The notes under the pieces were generated by a model. The model was not told where the DNA came from, searched no databases, and was given only the letters and a program-made list of their open reading frames with translations. 64,000 nt of DNA from an uncultured candidate division Zixibacteria bacterium (GTDB taxonomy: Bacteria > Zixibacteria > MSB-5A5 > UBA10806 > 4484-95): assembly GCA_963668625.2 (NCBI GenBank), contig CAXXKA010000008.1:800001-864000 (forward strand). The letters are read 5' to 3'. A program made the translations under genes and the position numbers. Of this stretch, positions 10,699 through 21,325 are shown one piece after another. Numbering within the stretch: the stretch's first letter is position 1; every line of letters starts with the position of its first letter.

Positions 10699-11268
10699 TT
10701 ATGCATTTCTATATTTTTTTATCTCAGTATCAATTACCGCCATTCCCATCTCGGTTAGAACACCACCGATATATTCTATGCTGTCATCTTTTACCACCCC
10801 GGCGCAAATCATAGTGGCCAGGCCATGCGTAAACAGCCAGCTTTTCTGAAGAATCGAGCGGCGCGCGTCATCATTCAGACCGTCGAAACGACTATCAGTC
10901 CTCATTGAATCGAAAGCCTGATCAATAAATTCATTAATGACATCCTTAAAATCATGATTTTCCATAAACAGCGAGCGAAACAGCATTTTCTCATCCCGGG
11001 CAAATAGCACAATACCGATACCGATATTTCTAAACGGGTACTTCGTATATGTGCGTTTCGTATACTCGAGTAACAGGTCTTTAGACTCCTTATATATCTC
11101 TTTTTCTACTTCCGGCATGTTTTTAAACTGACTGTAAACCGGCGCAGTGGAGGACTTCAACACTCCAGCGATTTTCCTGGCGGTTAAACCCTTTATCCCC
11201 TGTATTCGAGCTAATTCAAATGCGGCAGCGATAATACCCTTTCTGGTATATTTATTTTTAGGTGGCAT
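10699..11268 (-). CDS. TetR/AcrR family regulator
   Basis: N-terminal HTH LTARKIA...STAPVYSQF. Confidence 0.9.
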   Translation of the reverse strand: MPPKNKYTRKGIIAAAFELARIQGIKGLTARKIAGVLKSSTAPVYSQFKNMPEVEKEIYKESKDLLLEYTKRTYTKYPFRNIGIGIVLFARDEKMLFRSLFMENHDFKDVINEFIDQAFDSMRTDSRFDGLNDDARRSILQKSWLFTHGLATMICAGVVKDDSIEYIGGVLTEMGMAVIDTEIKKYRNA

Positions 11269-11283
11269 AGCAACAAACCTTCC

Positions 11284-11317
11284 TATAACACACGTAATAT
11301 AACATAGGTTATATTAC
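11284..11317. promoter_or_regulatory. Probable TetR operator
   Basis: Perfect IR GTAATATAAC-ATAG-GTTATATTAC (11294-11317) plus overlapping degenerate copy TATAAC-ACAC-GTAATA, just upstream of tetR. Confidence 0.7.
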
Positions 11318-11403
11318 ACATTATTGATAGAATTGTTTCGCTTATTTTTTTGATATCTAAGAATTTTAATTGATTTTTATAAACAATGTGTTATAAATTA
11401 GAG

Positions 11404-11507
11404 TATAAAATAAAAGAGATGGGAATAAGCAGAAAGGCTCAGCCCCTTGTCTTTTTGAATATCCCATTTATTGGGACGCCAGGCTTTGCCGGGTGTCCTT
11501 TTTTTTT
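11404..11507 (+). ncRNA. Putative two-hairpin small RNA, copy 2
   Basis: TTGATT-N16-TATAAA; ATGGGA/TCCCAT outer stem, CAGAAAGGC/GTCTTTTTG inner stem, loop TCAGCCCCTT; terminator plus T9. Confidence 0.65.
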
Positions 11508-11552
11508 ATAAATTGATTTTGCATTTGCCCATGCTATTAAGTATAATAGAAA

Positions 11553-11645
11553 CCTGGGATGTAACTTGAAGGACGAAGCCCCTGGTCACTTCGACATCCC
11601 GTTTTATAGGCCGTCAGACTTAGATGTTTGACGGCCGCTTTATTA
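11553..11645 (+). ncRNA. Putative two-hairpin small RNA, copy 3
   Basis: TTGCAT-N17-TATAAT (11519-11547); GGGATGT/ACATCCC stem, loop GAAGCCCCTG; GGCCGTCAGAC/GTTTGACGGCC hairpin. Confidence 0.65.
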
Positions 11646-11670
11646 ACATAGCTAGACATCTATACTATAT

Positions 11671-13677
11671 TCAGGAAATGCGATCTTTCGACTCATTATT
11701 ATTATGGATTTTCTGCATTTCCTTCTTCATACAATCCGGGCAGATACTATGGGTAAATTCTGCGCCGGAATGATCGGAGACATAGGCCTCCACCTCAGTC
11801 CAGTATCCTTTGTCATCCCTGACGTTTTTACAATATGAACAAATAGGCAACAATCCGCTGAGGGTTTTCACTTTGGTAAGGGCTTGTTTAAGTTCAAGGA
11901 TTAATCGCTCTCGTTCGTCCTCGGCGGCTTTGCGGCGGGTTATATCGCGCAGAGTTGTTACGATTTTTAATGGTTTACCGTTTTCGCCGTATAGAAGTTT
12001 GGAGTTTATCGAGCAGATAATATCCTCGCCGTTTTTTGAGCGCATCCCCACCTCGTAATCGTTGAGCCATCCATGTTTTAATAGATGGTTGATTAGCTCT
12101 GGTCTTCTTCCCGGATCCATATATACGATTTCACTGGAATTGCCGACTAAATCATAACGTGTATATCCAAGTATTTTTTCCATTGATGGGCTTGCTTCAA
12201 GGATGATTCCATTCATACTGGTCTCTATATAACCATCATGAATATTCTCGAATATCCTTCTATATTTGGCCTCGCTCTCTTTTAAAGCCTGTTGTGTTGT
12301 TTTGCTTTCTGTGATATCACGAACAACGGCATATATTAATTCTTTCTCCGGAACAGGAATCGAGTTCCATGATAGCCACCGGTAAGAACCATCCTTGCAT
12401 TTGTACCTATTCTCGAATTCCAATACGCTATGTCCCTGCTGTAGTTGATCACAAGCCATTTTGGTTTTTTCGACATCTTCCGGGTGCACGAAATTAATCC
12501 AGGGTTTGCTGGTTATTTCTTCGGTAGTCCAACCGAGTATCCTTTTAACCGCCGGGTTTGTTTGCTTGAAATAACCATCCGTAGAAGCAACGCACTGGAA
12601 ATCCGGGGATAGGTTGAATAAGCGGGATCGCTCCTCCTCGGCTCGGATTCTCTGAACCAAACCCCAGATATTTTCAGCTAACAGGGCTAACTGATTGATA
12701 TCGAAATCATCATAGTTTTCATTCTTGTTGCCCATGCCGATTATGGCTACTATTTTATCGTTCTCAAAAACAGGTACCGTAAGATCGCGCATCAAGTTGA
12801 TATGGCCCTCGGGTAATCCTTTCTTATGCGGCAGGCCTGCGTAGTCGTTATGTATAACTGGTTTTCTTTGATGAACACAGTCAACCCAGACACCGGCTTT
12901 TTCGATCGAGTAATGAGATTCACTACTATCCGCCAGGCAGTTTTTCAAAGTACTATCCGACCATCTGAAAAGATTGATAGATTTTTGATCGTCGCTGACG
13001 AAATGAAGAAAACCGATCTTGCTACCGGTCAAACGTTGCCCCTCTTCTATGCCGGTTTTTATTATATCATCCACCGTGGCTTGTCCGAGCATACGGGCAA
13101 TTTTTATTATTGATTTAAGCGTATTCTCGGCTATTTTCTGAGGTTTAATATTCTGCAGCATACAAAAATAAGCGTTGTTTCGACTATGTTCCACACAATA
13201 AAGGTTCACATAAATAGGGGTGCCGTTCTTATGTAAAAATGTGAACTCTTGTTTATGTATTCCTGCTGATCCATCGTATACGATAGAGCATTCTTTGATT
13301 TTCGCTAAACTATCTTCCGAAATGAATTTATCGATTTTCTGGCCTATTACATCATGACTTTCATAACCGAACATATTTAACCAGGCACTATTAACGTCGA
13401 CTATAATTAGTTCTTTAGTGATTGAATGTATAGGAATGGGAACGTTTTCCAGAAAATTAGCTGTTTCGATATTATCATCCCTAATTCTATTCACGTAATC
13501 ATATATCGAGCTTTCAAAATCGCTGTTTTTAGCTTTCGCTAATTTTCCGATAGGTGCAGTTGCTGTCTGACCGGGATTGGTTAATTTGATACTTCTACGT
13601 TCCCGGCCGTAATTTCGGTTTTTACTTTCTGGCAATCTGCGAGAATTATTTAGCCTACGAATGAAGGCCGGTCTCAT
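11671..13677 (-). CDS. PAS-GAF-PAS-PAS sensor with C-terminal Cys-rich domain (no kinase domain)
   Basis: PAS ends (RDIT), GAF (VIHNDY...VPV...GNK), tail LLPICSYCK...THSICPDC. Confidence 0.85.
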   Translation of the reverse strand: MRPAFIRRLNNSRRLPESKNRNYGRERRSIKLTNPGQTATAPIGKLAKAKNSDFESSIYDYVNRIRDDNIETANFLENVPIPIHSITKELIIVDVNSAWLNMFGYESHDVIGQKIDKFISEDSLAKIKECSIVYDGSAGIHKQEFTFLHKNGTPIYVNLYCVEHSRNNAYFCMLQNIKPQKIAENTLKSIIKIARMLGQATVDDIIKTGIEEGQRLTGSKIGFLHFVSDDQKSINLFRWSDSTLKNCLADSSESHYSIEKAGVWVDCVHQRKPVIHNDYAGLPHKKGLPEGHINLMRDLTVPVFENDKIVAIIGMGNKNENYDDFDINQLALLAENIWGLVQRIRAEEERSRLFNLSPDFQCVASTDGYFKQTNPAVKRILGWTTEEITSKPWINFVHPEDVEKTKMACDQLQQGHSVLEFENRYKCKDGSYRWLSWNSIPVPEKELIYAVVRDITESKTTQQALKESEAKYRRIFENIHDGYIETSMNGIILEASPSMEKILGYTRYDLVGNSSEIVYMDPGRRPELINHLLKHGWLNDYEVGMRSKNGEDIICSINSKLLYGENGKPLKIVTTLRDITRRKAAEDERERLILELKQALTKVKTLSGLLPICSYCKNVRDDKGYWTEVEAYVSDHSGAEFTHSICPDCMKKEMQKIHNNNESKDRIS

Positions 13678-13942
13678 GTACCCCCCTATACATAAAATGC
13701 CGTTAATATATTATCGGATTGATGTTAAGCTCAATCCGTTAATAATTACCGGAACGTAAATAATGTTACACTCACTAAACAAAATCTGGTTGTCTGTTTT
13801 TATTATTAATCCTTCACTTCAGATATCTCAAAGTAATCGATTACATATTAATGCATTTCAACTCAGATATTAACATTTTCAGGGAGGCTAAAATTAAATA
13901 TTCCCCTTGCCCGAACTCCACAATATCCATATCTTTGCCCCA

Positions 13943-14815
13943 ATGAAAAAAACCGATAAATTATATCTCGGCGCGCATATGTCGATCGCCGGCGGGGTGT
14001 ATAACGCTTTACTTCACGGTGAAAAAGCCGGTTGTGACACGATACAGATATTCGTAAAATCCTCCAACCAGTGGAAAGCCAAGCCGTTCAAATTGCAGGA
14101 GTTGGAACGCTATCACCAGGAACGGAAAAGAACGGAAATTGAGCCTGTAATTGCCCACGCCTCCTATCTCATCAACCTGGGTTCTCCTGATATGGAGCTA
14201 CTGCAGAAATCGCGCGAGGCGTTTTTGGTAGAGATGGACAGGTGCGAAAAGTTGGAGATCCCTTACCTGGTGATTCATCCGGGAGCGCCTAAAGATTTCG
14301 GCGAGGAATATGGTATTAAAACAATCGCCGAATCGATTAACTGGCTTTCCGAACGAACTCCGGATCATCAAGTTAAAATTACCCTGGAGACAACTGCAGG
14401 TCAGGGGTCCTCACTGGGACATTCGTTCGAGCAGCTTGCAGCGATTTTGGATGGTGTGGATAATCCCGGCCGGGTTTTCATATGTTTCGATACTTGCCAC
14501 GCTCACGTAGCCGGGTACGATATTTCGACTCGCAAGGGATTCGAGCAAACCTGGGAAGATTTCGAGCGTATAATCGGTATCGATAAGCTGGCGGTAATGC
14601 ATCTTAATGACGCTAAGAAAGAGATCGGCTCAAAAATAGACCGCCACGAGCACATAGGTAAAGGCAAACTGGGTGAACGTGCGTTTAGCTACATCATGAC
14701 TGATAAGAGATTTAAAAGAGTACCCAAAATATTGGAAACTGCCAAAGGTGATGATAACCGCATGGATGAGGTAAACCTGAATTTGTTAAGAAAACTGGCA
14801 TTTAAAAAGAAATAA
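13943..14815 (+). CDS. nfo: Endonuclease IV
   Basis: GAHMSIAGG, HASYLINL, HPG, LETTAGQG, CFDTCH, HLND, DRHEHIGKG. Confidence 0.95.
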   Translation: MKKTDKLYLGAHMSIAGGVYNALLHGEKAGCDTIQIFVKSSNQWKAKPFKLQELERYHQERKRTEIEPVIAHASYLINLGSPDMELLQKSREAFLVEMDRCEKLEIPYLVIHPGAPKDFGEEYGIKTIAESINWLSERTPDHQVKITLETTAGQGSSLGHSFEQLAAILDGVDNPGRVFICFDTCHAHVAGYDISTRKGFEQTWEDFERIIGIDKLAVMHLNDAKKEIGSKIDRHEHIGKGKLGERAFSYIMTDKRFKRVPKILETAKGDDNRMDEVNLNLLRKLAFKKK

Positions 14816-14845
14816 ATCCGGTTTTGATCGATATATATAAATGGG

Positions 14846-16678
14846 ATGGAAGGAATAGGTTTGAAAACTAAACAAATAGCGATAAGCATATTGATCGTTA
14901 TCTTTCTCTCGGCTATACCTGTACAGGCCGACAATTTCATTCGGGCTTATACCACGTATAGCGGCACCTCGGATACGGTTGGAATGGCCGAGCATTTTCT
15001 TATTTTCGGTACCAAAATACCGATATTTTTACCTCCGTATACGTTTCACGTAGATATTCACCCTCTCACCGAGGGTAAATATAAAGCCAGGATCGACTGC
15101 TATGAATTGGCTCCCGGCTATAGAGATCATCATGAGGAAAAAGAGATAGAACCGGAGAAATGGCAGACAATCGAAGGACTGGAATCAAAAGGCCTCGAAT
15201 TCGATTTTCATTACATAATATTTAAAGATACCGTTGAAATATTCAACTATCTTGCCAAAGACAGCCTTACCACTTTCGAGTCGATCCATTATAAAGCCCG
15301 GATATGGAGAGGTACTTACGCCGATTATAAATGGGAGATGCGTAAAGGGTATCTCGAAAACACCTATAATTTCTATCGCAAGGATCATAAGGTAAAACGA
15401 GCGGGCAAGATGGATTTCTATGTTTACCCGAGTAGTTATAGCTCGCCGTTTATCAACAACCTGACAGGTTACGGCCTGGATATCCCCGGTAATTCGATTT
15501 TTACCGTATTCAACGAGGGATTCGATACCGCTCTGCCGCAATACGCACAGCTTTTCGTGATATATGAGAATCTGGGTTATTCCTCGCGAGCGCTGGCCGT
15601 TGGCTATTCGCGGTATTTCCTCGATGATATTTATCGCGCCAGGGCCTTCGTGTCCGGACTATCTCCGGCCGAGCTGAAAGCTCTACTCAATGATGAGTAC
15701 CCGTCAAACAGGCTGGATGCCGATATTGTGAGCGGTGCGTTCGTAAGGTTCCTGATCGAACTAAAAGGCGTGCCTACTTTCAAAACGCTGTATGAGAAAT
15801 CAAGGCCGGGCAATATCGCTACAAAAGATGTTTACGATATCAGTTTCGATGATATCGTTTCGATGTTTATCGAATATCAGCGAAACCTTCGTATGGATGA
15901 GCCAAACGCCGCTTATTTCAGCAATATCTATAACAGCCAGATGTGGTTCGATCAAGCATTGGAATATGATATCTGGCTCGGTTCGCAGCCGGTAAAAAAG
16001 GATTACCATCTCAAGAGCCTGGGCGCGACGCTGTTTCATGTAGGCGACTACGATGAATCTAAAAAAGCCTATACGGCATTCAACCAGAGAAACCCGGATA
16101 AGGATTTACCGAAATATCTTCTGGGGCTGGCTCTTTTGCGTACCGGTAAAACAAAACAGGCCATGCGTATGCTGGAACAAGCCTCCGATAGTATCTCGGA
16201 GGCCACCCTGATGCTGGGAGAAATCTACCTGGATAAAGGCGAAATCGATAAAGCGGAGACTTACATCCTGAAAGTATCCGAATATCCCGATTATTGGACC
16301 TCGCTCTTGAAAGCTCGCTTGGCATTCGCCGAGGGCAAAAATTCCATAGCCGTTGCGATTTTGAGAAAAGCTTTAGCTCAGAGCGAATCTATCACCTCCA
16401 ACCTGCCCGGTGAGGCGCGCGGATATATTTCAGCCGCCTATGGCTTCATGTTCAGCGGCAAATTCGAGGAGGCGGAATCGGAGCTTAACGTAGCCGTGTT
16501 CGTGGAAAACCGACCGTATTACCTGGGCTCATGCTACCTGGCTTTCGGCAGGCTTTACGACCTGGAGGGGCAGCGCGATAAAGCTAAGGCCTTCTACAAA
16601 AAAGTATCCGAGATCAAATCCAGCAAGTATGATATCTCGCTGGCCAAACAGTACATGAAGAAAGCATTCAAACTCTAA
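14846..16678 (+). CDS. Exported TPR-containing protein
   Basis: Signal peptide; C-terminal TPR-like repeats; stop overlaps next start. Confidence 0.75.
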   Translation: MEGIGLKTKQIAISILIVIFLSAIPVQADNFIRAYTTYSGTSDTVGMAEHFLIFGTKIPIFLPPYTFHVDIHPLTEGKYKARIDCYELAPGYRDHHEEKEIEPEKWQTIEGLESKGLEFDFHYIIFKDTVEIFNYLAKDSLTTFESIHYKARIWRGTYADYKWEMRKGYLENTYNFYRKDHKVKRAGKMDFYVYPSSYSSPFINNLTGYGLDIPGNSIFTVFNEGFDTALPQYAQLFVIYENLGYSSRALAVGYSRYFLDDIYRARAFVSGLSPAELKALLNDEYPSNRLDADIVSGAFVRFLIELKGVPTFKTLYEKSRPGNIATKDVYDISFDDIVSMFIEYQRNLRMDEPNAAYFSNIYNSQMWFDQALEYDIWLGSQPVKKDYHLKSLGATLFHVGDYDESKKAYTAFNQRNPDKDLPKYLLGLALLRTGKTKQAMRMLEQASDSISEATLMLGEIYLDKGEIDKAETYILKVSEYPDYWTSLLKARLAFAEGKNSIAVAILRKALAQSESITSNLPGEARGYISAAYGFMFSGKFEEAESELNVAVFVENRPYYLGSCYLAFGRLYDLEGQRDKAKAFYKKVSEIKSSKYDISLAKQYMKKAFKL

Positions 16679-18759
16679 TGACATTTTTAAACTCGGTGTT
16701 TTTGGCGGCGCTGGCCGCCGTTGCCATCCCCCTATTAATACATTTTCTTTCCCGTAGACGGATAAAGATAGTTGATTTTTCCTCGCTTAAATTCCTGATG
16801 ACAATGCAGAAATCCAAGCTCAGATGGCTGAAAATCCTCGAGCTTCTGCTGCTCATTATCAGGATGATGATTATCGCACTGATTGCCCTGGCGTTCTCCC
16901 GTCCCGCACTTACCGGCAGGCATACAGCCAGTCATGCGCCGGCCTCGGTGGTGATACTCATTGATGATTCGCCGTCTCTCGATCGCCTTTCCGCGGGCGG
17001 CACTTTATTCGAGGATATCAAGCGGGGTGTTATCGAAATAGTCGATATGCTTAAGCCGGGGGATGAAGTCACGCTGATCGGCCTCTCGGGAGAGACCATC
17101 CAATATGGCCCCTACTCCGATTTCGATCGTGCCCATGAAACAATCAATGCCATGCAATCGGGTTTTTCGCCTGCCGACTATCGAGCGGGATTGACCAGGG
17201 TTAAAGAGATATTAGATAACAGCCATAACTTGAATCGTGAAGTGTATATATTTTCTGATTTCCAGAAAACACCGGACTGGGAAAACGATTTCAGCGATGT
17301 CATAGATAAAAACTATCGCTATTTCGCCTTGAAATATACAAGCGATAATAACGATAATATCGGCATAGATAATATCGAGTTTCCATCGCAATTACTTGCT
17401 CCGGGTGAGGAATTCGAGATAAAGGCTCGGTTAAAAAACTATAACGATAAGGCCGTAAAGGGACGGCTGGTAGAGATATTCATCGATGGTGAAAAGCGCG
17501 CCCAGACCAGTATAGACTTAAAACCTTACGGCAACATCGAAACGGCTTTCTCGATTATCCCCGAGCAGCCCGGCGACCATCATGGCTATTTCCAATTGGA
17601 GGATGACGAGTATGGCCCGGATAACAGATTCTTTTTCAATTTCAACATCCCCAGGAAAATAAACGTACTGGGCGTGGCCGAATCTCCTGCCGATGCCAGG
17701 ATGCTGTATAATATTCTGGGACGAACCGAGACCGGTTATATCGAATTTTCCGGGGTTAACATGTCGGGATTCAGCCAGAAAAACCTCGATCTCTACGATG
17801 TTATCATCCTTAACGATATCTCATCTCTTTCACCCGGTAATATCAATAATCTCTCGGCTTTCATGAAATCGGGCAAGGGATTGTTTATTCTTCTGGGGAG
17901 AAATAGCAATATAGATTCTTATCGTCAATTCTTAGAGGAAACAACCGGGATACTGGTCGAGAATCCTGTATTAAATCAACCGACAGGCTCGGAGTTGTCG
18001 TATTATCCTTTGAAACAGTTCGATTTGACCCATCCCATTTTTAGTATTTACTCCCCACAGCATCTGGAGACATCCGAAATACCCTCGCTTAAGCTGTATT
18101 CATACTATCCGCTTTCAGGAGGTAAGTCACTGGCTGATATCGACCGTTCCGGCTCGGTTCTGAATCTCTCGGACAATAGAGCGGTTATAGTCGCCGGCTT
18201 CAGCCTGGACATAAATAGCTCGGATATATCCGTACACTCTTTTATCGTGCCGTTCATGATAAGAACTACGGAGTATTTAGCCTCATCTCCCAATGCCGGG
18301 CAGGAATATTATCTATCCGGACAATCGGTCAATCTTAACCTGCCTGCCGACCTGGCAGCATCCTCGCTGAATTTAAATCGTCTACAAAATAAAAGTGAAT
18401 TGAACGATCATACCAATAGTGTCGATAATATCACCATTGAGGCGCTACGCGGAGCTTACGGAAGTTTCGTCAGTATACCACATGCAGGCTATCCCGGTTT
18501 CTACGTGCTATCGACTAAAACCGATACGGTTGCCATTTACTCGGTCAATCATGACAGCAGGGAGTCCGTGGCGGAAACACTTGATAGTAAGGGTATCAAA
18601 AACAGGCTGGGCGAGGATTTAGTATTTATCGAAAACCAGACTGATATATCGGAGACCGTCATGCAAGCAAAATTCGGATTCGAGTTATGGAAATATTGCA
18701 TTCTATTGGCTCTACTTTTACTGATTGCGGAATCGATTTTGGTACGTAAAGCCAGATAA
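16678..18759 (+). CDS. BatA-domain/VWA membrane-anchored protein
   Basis: MTFLNSVFL...PLLIHF BatA N-terminus; DDSPS MIDAS-like motif; C-terminal TM ELWKY...AES. Confidence 0.88.
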   Translation: MTFLNSVFLAALAAVAIPLLIHFLSRRRIKIVDFSSLKFLMTMQKSKLRWLKILELLLLIIRMMIIALIALAFSRPALTGRHTASHAPASVVILIDDSPSLDRLSAGGTLFEDIKRGVIEIVDMLKPGDEVTLIGLSGETIQYGPYSDFDRAHETINAMQSGFSPADYRAGLTRVKEILDNSHNLNREVYIFSDFQKTPDWENDFSDVIDKNYRYFALKYTSDNNDNIGIDNIEFPSQLLAPGEEFEIKARLKNYNDKAVKGRLVEIFIDGEKRAQTSIDLKPYGNIETAFSIIPEQPGDHHGYFQLEDDEYGPDNRFFFNFNIPRKINVLGVAESPADARMLYNILGRTETGYIEFSGVNMSGFSQKNLDLYDVIILNDISSLSPGNINNLSAFMKSGKGLFILLGRNSNIDSYRQFLEETTGILVENPVLNQPTGSELSYYPLKQFDLTHPIFSIYSPQHLETSEIPSLKLYSYYPLSGGKSLADIDRSGSVLNLSDNRAVIVAGFSLDINSSDISVHSFIVPFMIRTTEYLASSPNAGQEYYLSGQSVNLNLPADLAASSLNLNRLQNKSELNDHTNSVDNITIEALRGAYGSFVSIPHAGYPGFYVLSTKTDTVAIYSVNHDSRESVAETLDSKGIKNRLGEDLVFIENQTDISETVMQAKFGFELWKYCILLALLLLIAESILVRKAR

Positions 18760-18922
18760 TACATTTAAATCATTAACCTATCAAGCAACCTCTAGTTTAT
18801 ATCTAACCATTTAATAGCTATAGTATTTTCGCCTTTCTACCGATTCAATAATAGTAGCTTGGGTTTGCTCCCCATGCTTCGTTGTTGGTATGGAAAAATG
18901 GTTTTGAAATAACGGGAGTACT

Positions 18923-21292
18923 ATGAAAAAAGTTATATTGGCACTGGTATTAATCACATGCACAGCCTCACCTGTCATGGCGCAGCTTACGCCCAATCAA
19001 CAGGAGCTACTCGATAAATATAAATCCCGATTTCAAAAAACAGGGGGCTCGAATGTCGAATCTTATAAAAGTCCTGAAATGTACGAGAATGATAACGATT
19101 CGCTTGATATTTTAGATAAGAAATACCATGACGAAAATCGATGGAAAAACAAATACGATCATCAACGAACCGATATAGCTCTCGATAGCCTTCGAAGAAT
19201 CGATAAGTTCGATCGAACCGATGAGGAGCAGCTAAAGCTGTTCGGTCATGATATTTTCGAAACCGATGATGAGGCTTTCAGGCCGGATATTCATAACATG
19301 CCGCCCGATGGATATAAGTTCGGACCGGGCGATAACATACTGGTAAATATCTGGGGACGGGTAGATCTGGAACTAACGTTGACAGTTGACCGCGAAGGAA
19401 AAGTATTCATTCCTAAGGTCGGCGATATTATCGCCGCCGGTATCACGCTCGATCAATTCGAAGATCGCCTCAATAAAAAGCTCAGCAAAGTATACTCCGA
19501 TTACAGTTTATCGGTAACCTACGGTAAACTTCGCCAGATAACGATATATGTTTTCGGCGAGGTGCAAAAACCCGGAGGATACACCGTTTCCTCATTAGCT
19601 AATCTTTTGAACGCTCTTTATTTGGCGGGAGGAACAACCGAAAAAGGCAGCCTGAGAAATATTCAGATAGTCCGCAATACCAGAGTCGCCGGTAGTTACG
19701 ATTTGTATGATTTGCTGTTGAGAGGCGATAACTCGGATGATCTAAAACTTCATAGCGGGGATGTGGTTTATGTGCCGATAGTCGGCCCGCTGGTTGCGAT
19801 CTCGGGAGAGGTACGCAGGCCGGCCATATACGAGCTTACCGGAGAGGAAATCGCAACCGAGGCTATAGAGCTTGCCGGTGGTTCGACCCCGGAGGCGTTT
19901 CTCCAGTCAATCAGCCTCGATCGCGTAAGTGTCAGCGATTCACGTATGTTGATGGATTTGAATTTGTCCGATTCATCCGCGTACGAGCAAAACAATATTC
20001 AGCTTCAGGACGGCGACAAGCTGACGGTATTTTCAATTTACGATTTTCATGAAAACCTGGTGCATCTCACCGGGCACGTTAAACATCCGGGATTGTTCGG
20101 TATCTCCGATAGCATGAGGGTATCCGATATACTGGATAACGGTGATCAGTTAAAAGAGAACGCCTATATCAAGCGAGCAGATCTTTATCGTTTCAATGAG
20201 GATGCCACTAAAACATTGATTCCCGTAGAGCTGGAAAAAATATTCAACGGCGATGACAAATGCGATATATTTTTAGAACCCCTAGACAGCCTGGTGGTTT
20301 ATTCGTACGATCATATCACCCGAAAGAAATATGTTTACATAAACGGCGAGATAAAAAATCCCGGTGAATACAACCTGTACAACACCATGCATCTCTCGGA
20401 CTTGATATTCCTGGCAGGCAATCTCACCAAACAGGCATATATGGTCAGATGTGAGATTGCCAGAGTCAACCTGAACTACAAGACAGATATTATAGAGATA
20501 AACCTGGAGGATATGTTTTTAAAAGGGGATTTTTCAAAAGATATCCTGCTGATCGAGGATGACCACGTATTCATACGTCAGGTACCAGATTGGCGGCCGG
20601 TACAGACTATCACTATCGAGGGCGAGGTAATGTTCCCCGGTGAATACGCCATACGCCACAAAGGCGAAAAACTTTCCGAGATGCTGGCGCGCGCCGGGGG
20701 CTTAACGCCGACCGCATTTCCCGAGGGCACTATCTATACCCGGAAAAGTATCGAGGGCCAGGTCGAACAGAGGAATATCAGGCAGATAATTCTTAACACA
20801 CAGGAATATCGACGCGATTCCCTGGGAAACGTCTCCTCGGACTATATGATAAAATTCAATCCCGAATTGCTCAACAGAATCGTCATCGATTTGCCCGAGG
20901 TTATCACTAATCCGAATTGTGTCGAGGATATCGCTGTGTCGGATTCGGACTATATCTACGTTCCCACATACCCCTCCGGTGTGCAGGTAATAGGCGCGGT
21001 AGCTTTCAACGGCACTATATCTTATATCGAGGGGGAAAAAGCGAAATACTACCTTAACCAGGCGGGAGGCTTGACACCGGATGGCGATAATAACGGGCTG
21101 AGGTTGGTTAAACCTAACGGCAAAACGTTTTATGGTCGCAAAGCTAAAAGTCAGAAAATTGAACTGGGGGATGCGCTGGTGGTACCATCCAAACTAAGGC
21201 AAAGAACCGATTGGGGTAAGGTACTGACGACTACAGCCACGATAATAAGCTCTATGGCGACGACAATCCTGGTCGTGGATCGTTTGAAGTGA
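18923..21292 (+). CDS. Polysaccharide export protein with multiple SLBB domains (Wza/KpsD-like)
   Basis: YKFGPGD, repeated GEVxxPGxY...AGG SLBB motifs. Confidence 0.9.
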   Translation: MKKVILALVLITCTASPVMAQLTPNQQELLDKYKSRFQKTGGSNVESYKSPEMYENDNDSLDILDKKYHDENRWKNKYDHQRTDIALDSLRRIDKFDRTDEEQLKLFGHDIFETDDEAFRPDIHNMPPDGYKFGPGDNILVNIWGRVDLELTLTVDREGKVFIPKVGDIIAAGITLDQFEDRLNKKLSKVYSDYSLSVTYGKLRQITIYVFGEVQKPGGYTVSSLANLLNALYLAGGTTEKGSLRNIQIVRNTRVAGSYDLYDLLLRGDNSDDLKLHSGDVVYVPIVGPLVAISGEVRRPAIYELTGEEIATEAIELAGGSTPEAFLQSISLDRVSVSDSRMLMDLNLSDSSAYEQNNIQLQDGDKLTVFSIYDFHENLVHLTGHVKHPGLFGISDSMRVSDILDNGDQLKENAYIKRADLYRFNEDATKTLIPVELEKIFNGDDKCDIFLEPLDSLVVYSYDHITRKKYVYINGEIKNPGEYNLYNTMHLSDLIFLAGNLTKQAYMVRCEIARVNLNYKTDIIEINLEDMFLKGDFSKDILLIEDDHVFIRQVPDWRPVQTITIEGEVMFPGEYAIRHKGEKLSEMLARAGGLTPTAFPEGTIYTRKSIEGQVEQRNIRQIILNTQEYRRDSLGNVSSDYMIKFNPELLNRIVIDLPEVITNPNCVEDIAVSDSDYIYVPTYPSGVQVIGAVAFNGTISYIEGEKAKYYLNQAGGLTPDGDNNGLRLVKPNGKTFYGRKAKSQKIELGDALVVPSKLRQRTDWGKVLTTTATIISSMATTILVVDRLK

Positions 21293-21325
21293 TTAGCAAT
21301 CATCAAATTTAAAAACGAGGTAACA

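Noticed and set aside
8097-11645. The three hairpin units as CRISPR mini-arrays or simple terminators
   Set aside because: No identical repeats or cas genes; the inner region base-pairs; each unit has a promoter and a + strand T-tract
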